From Candidatus Pacearchaeota archaeon (GTDB lineage: Archaea; Nanobdellota; Nanobdellia; Pacearchaeales; GW2011-AR1): a stretch of DNA of 33,967 bases. Under the pieces are notes generated by a model, which was not told the origin of the DNA, ran no database searches, and saw only the letters and a program-made list of their open reading frames with translations. This document shows positions 33,069 through 33,967 of this stretch, piece by piece. Where the stretch lies: NCBI GenBank assembly GCA_017609045.1, contig JAFCES010000001.1:1-33967 (forward strand), in the 5' to 3' direction. The stretch's first letter is position 1. Each line of letters opens with the position of its first letter. The position numbers were made by a program, and so were the translations under genes.

Positions 33069-33692
33069 TTATATCTCCAACTTAAAGGGTTTACTCATAG
33101 TAAGCTTCACCATAACAGACCTGATGTTCTCTTTCTTTTTTGGCAAAGCGTTAAGTATTGCATTATAAGCTGTTATTATGTTTTCAGCTGTATCTTCATC
33201 TTTCATATTCTCTTTCCCAACAGAAAACTTTAAGCTAGGTTCCTTGCTTTTAATTCTTATAATTTTTTCAAATTTTTTGACTATCTTTTTAATCTCGACT
33301 TCATTTTCTTCTTTTATGATTCCGAGCTGAGGAGAGGGCATTTTCCCGAGAGGACCAAGATACTTACCAAAATTAGCAGCTACTTGAGGCATTAAATCTG
33401 CAGAAGAAATGAAAAAGTCATAACTCTTTACTAATTTCTTGAGTAGTTTTTTATTTTTATATTTATCAAACTCCGCTTTAGTCACACTATCTATCCCCTC
33501 AATTTTTTTATTTAAGAATGCACAAATTTTAACCTCTTTAATTTTGTGAGGTAAGCTCAAGAAGAGATTAATGGACTCTTTTTTTATGTCAAAATTTTTT
33601 AAATTTATAATTAAATCTACTGTTTGATTAAATTTTCTTTCTTTTCCCTTTCGCAATTCCTCAAGTGCTTTAAGAATTTCTTCTTTCTTCAT
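33069..33692 (-). CDS. rpl1: 50S ribosomal protein uL1
   Basis: ALEELRKGKERKFNQTVDLIINLKNFD is typical of L1. The track start at 33713 is TTG. I prefer the ATG at 33690-33692, preceded by GGAGGAG (33698-33704) with a 5-nt spacer. Confidence 0.9.
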   Translation of the reverse strand: MKKEEILKALEELRKGKERKFNQTVDLIINLKNFDIKKESINLFLSLPHKIKEVKICAFLNKKIEGIDSVTKAEFDKYKNKKLLKKLVKSYDFFISSADLMPQVAANFGKYLGPLGKMPSPQLGIIKEENEVEIKKIVKKFEKIIRIKSKEPSLKFSVGKENMKDEDTAENIITAYNAILNALPKKKENIRSVMVKLTMSKPFKLEI

Positions 33693-33866
33693 TCTTTCTC
33701 CTCCTAATTCCAATCTCGCTCATAATCATAGTTTTAATTTGCAGTAAAATTGCTCGCCCACTACCGACGCGCCTACACCAGAAAAAAGGTTTCAGCGATG
33801 TAGTATGGCAAAATTGTCAGATTTTCAAGCTTTATAAATTTAACCCCAGGATAAGCTTAGTTGAAA

Positions 33867-33887
33867 ATCTCTTATTTCATAAGAGAT
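33867..33887 (-). terminator. Hairpin overlapping the stop codon of the edge ORF, followed by TTTT on the minus strand
   Basis: Inverted repeat atctcttat / ataagagat with a 3-nt loop. The minus-strand RNA reads AUCUCUUAU-GAA-AUAAGAGAU-UUUUC. Confidence 0.3.
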
Positions 33888-33967
33888 AAATTATGCGCTA
33901 TAGCCTTACAATATATTTCTGTCTGAATATTCTTAAATCTCCTAGCTAAAGTGTATCCTCCATACTT
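33872..33967 (-). CDS. C-terminal 31 codons of a gene running off the window, resembling an IS4/IS5-family DDE transposase C-terminus
   Basis: This is the only minus-strand frame open to the window edge. It reads KYGGYTLARRFKNIQTEIYCKAIAHNLSLMK followed by a stop. It fits the transposase tail pattern I recall, K(R/Q)xYG..L.AR.f..Q..E...K....hN(I/L). The fragment is very short and the match is from memory only. Confidence 0.35.
   Translation of the reverse strand, partial: KYGGYTLARRFKNIQTEIYCKAIAHNLSLMK

Noticed and set aside
33740-33800. The GC-rich island upstream of rpl1, tested as a tRNA, split-tRNA half or C/D-box sRNA.
   Set aside because: It has no T-loop (GTTCRANYC), no acceptor/anticodon cloverleaf and no correctly ordered C and D boxes on either strand. 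It is kept only as part of the rpl1-upstream finding.
1-33967. CRISPR arrays, long tandem repeats, rRNA genes and additional tRNAs.
   Set aside because: Reading by eye, I saw no regularly spaced direct repeats and no further GC-rich structured islands, apart from the tRNA at 31604-31740 and the short island near 33752-33778. A by-eye scan cannot exclude short or degenerate repeats, so a repeat finder should confirm this.

Overview
This window is AT-rich (judged by eye, not computed) and gene-dense. It looks like a small-genome archaeon, possibly DPANN-like, but that placement is only inference from gene content, K/E-rich proteins and operon order.

Gene layout:
- Nearly everything from 366 to 24297 is on the minus strand.
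- The left end is an N-glycosylation (agl-type) block. It holds a partial deacetylase-like gene, a B12-type radical SAM gene, a GT2, a GT4/AglH-like phosphosugar transferase, AglB/STT3 with the WWDYGYW motif, and an unlisted 45-aa zinc-ribbon ORF just upstream of aglB.
- Next come a SpoIIM-like membrane protein, an eIF-2B-family protein (candidate ribose-1,5-bisphosphate isomerase), prefoldin alpha and a DUF106/YidC-like insertase.
- Then comes the full archaeal ribosomal-protein supercluster, read in transcription order: rpl3-rpl4-rpl23-rpl2-rps19-rpl22-rps3-rpl29-sui1-rps17-rpl14-rpl24-rps4e-rpl5-rps14-rps8-rpl6-rpl32e-rpl19e-rpl18-rps5-rpl30-rpl15-secY.
- The right third carries, on the plus strand, an AI-2E permease, an AMP/thymidine-phosphorylase-family enzyme, a Kef-type antiporter with an RCK domain, and a very sequon-rich surface protein split from its C-terminal membrane anchor.
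- After these come, on the minus strand, an intron-containing tRNA-Ser(UGA), the rpl1-rplP0-rplP1 stalk operon, and a transposase-like C-terminal fragment at the window edge.

Most notable observations:
- Two nucleic-acid/nucleotide hydrolase genes are embedded in the r-protein operon by 4-nt ATGA overlaps: a Nudix hydrolase between rps17 and rpl14, and a DEDDh 3'-5' exonuclease between rpl4 and rpl23.
- The usual RNase P Rpp29 and adk slots are empty.
- The glycoprotein gene has no canonical start and is broken at an A5 run.

All product calls come from motif recognition by eye. No searches or folding programs were run.
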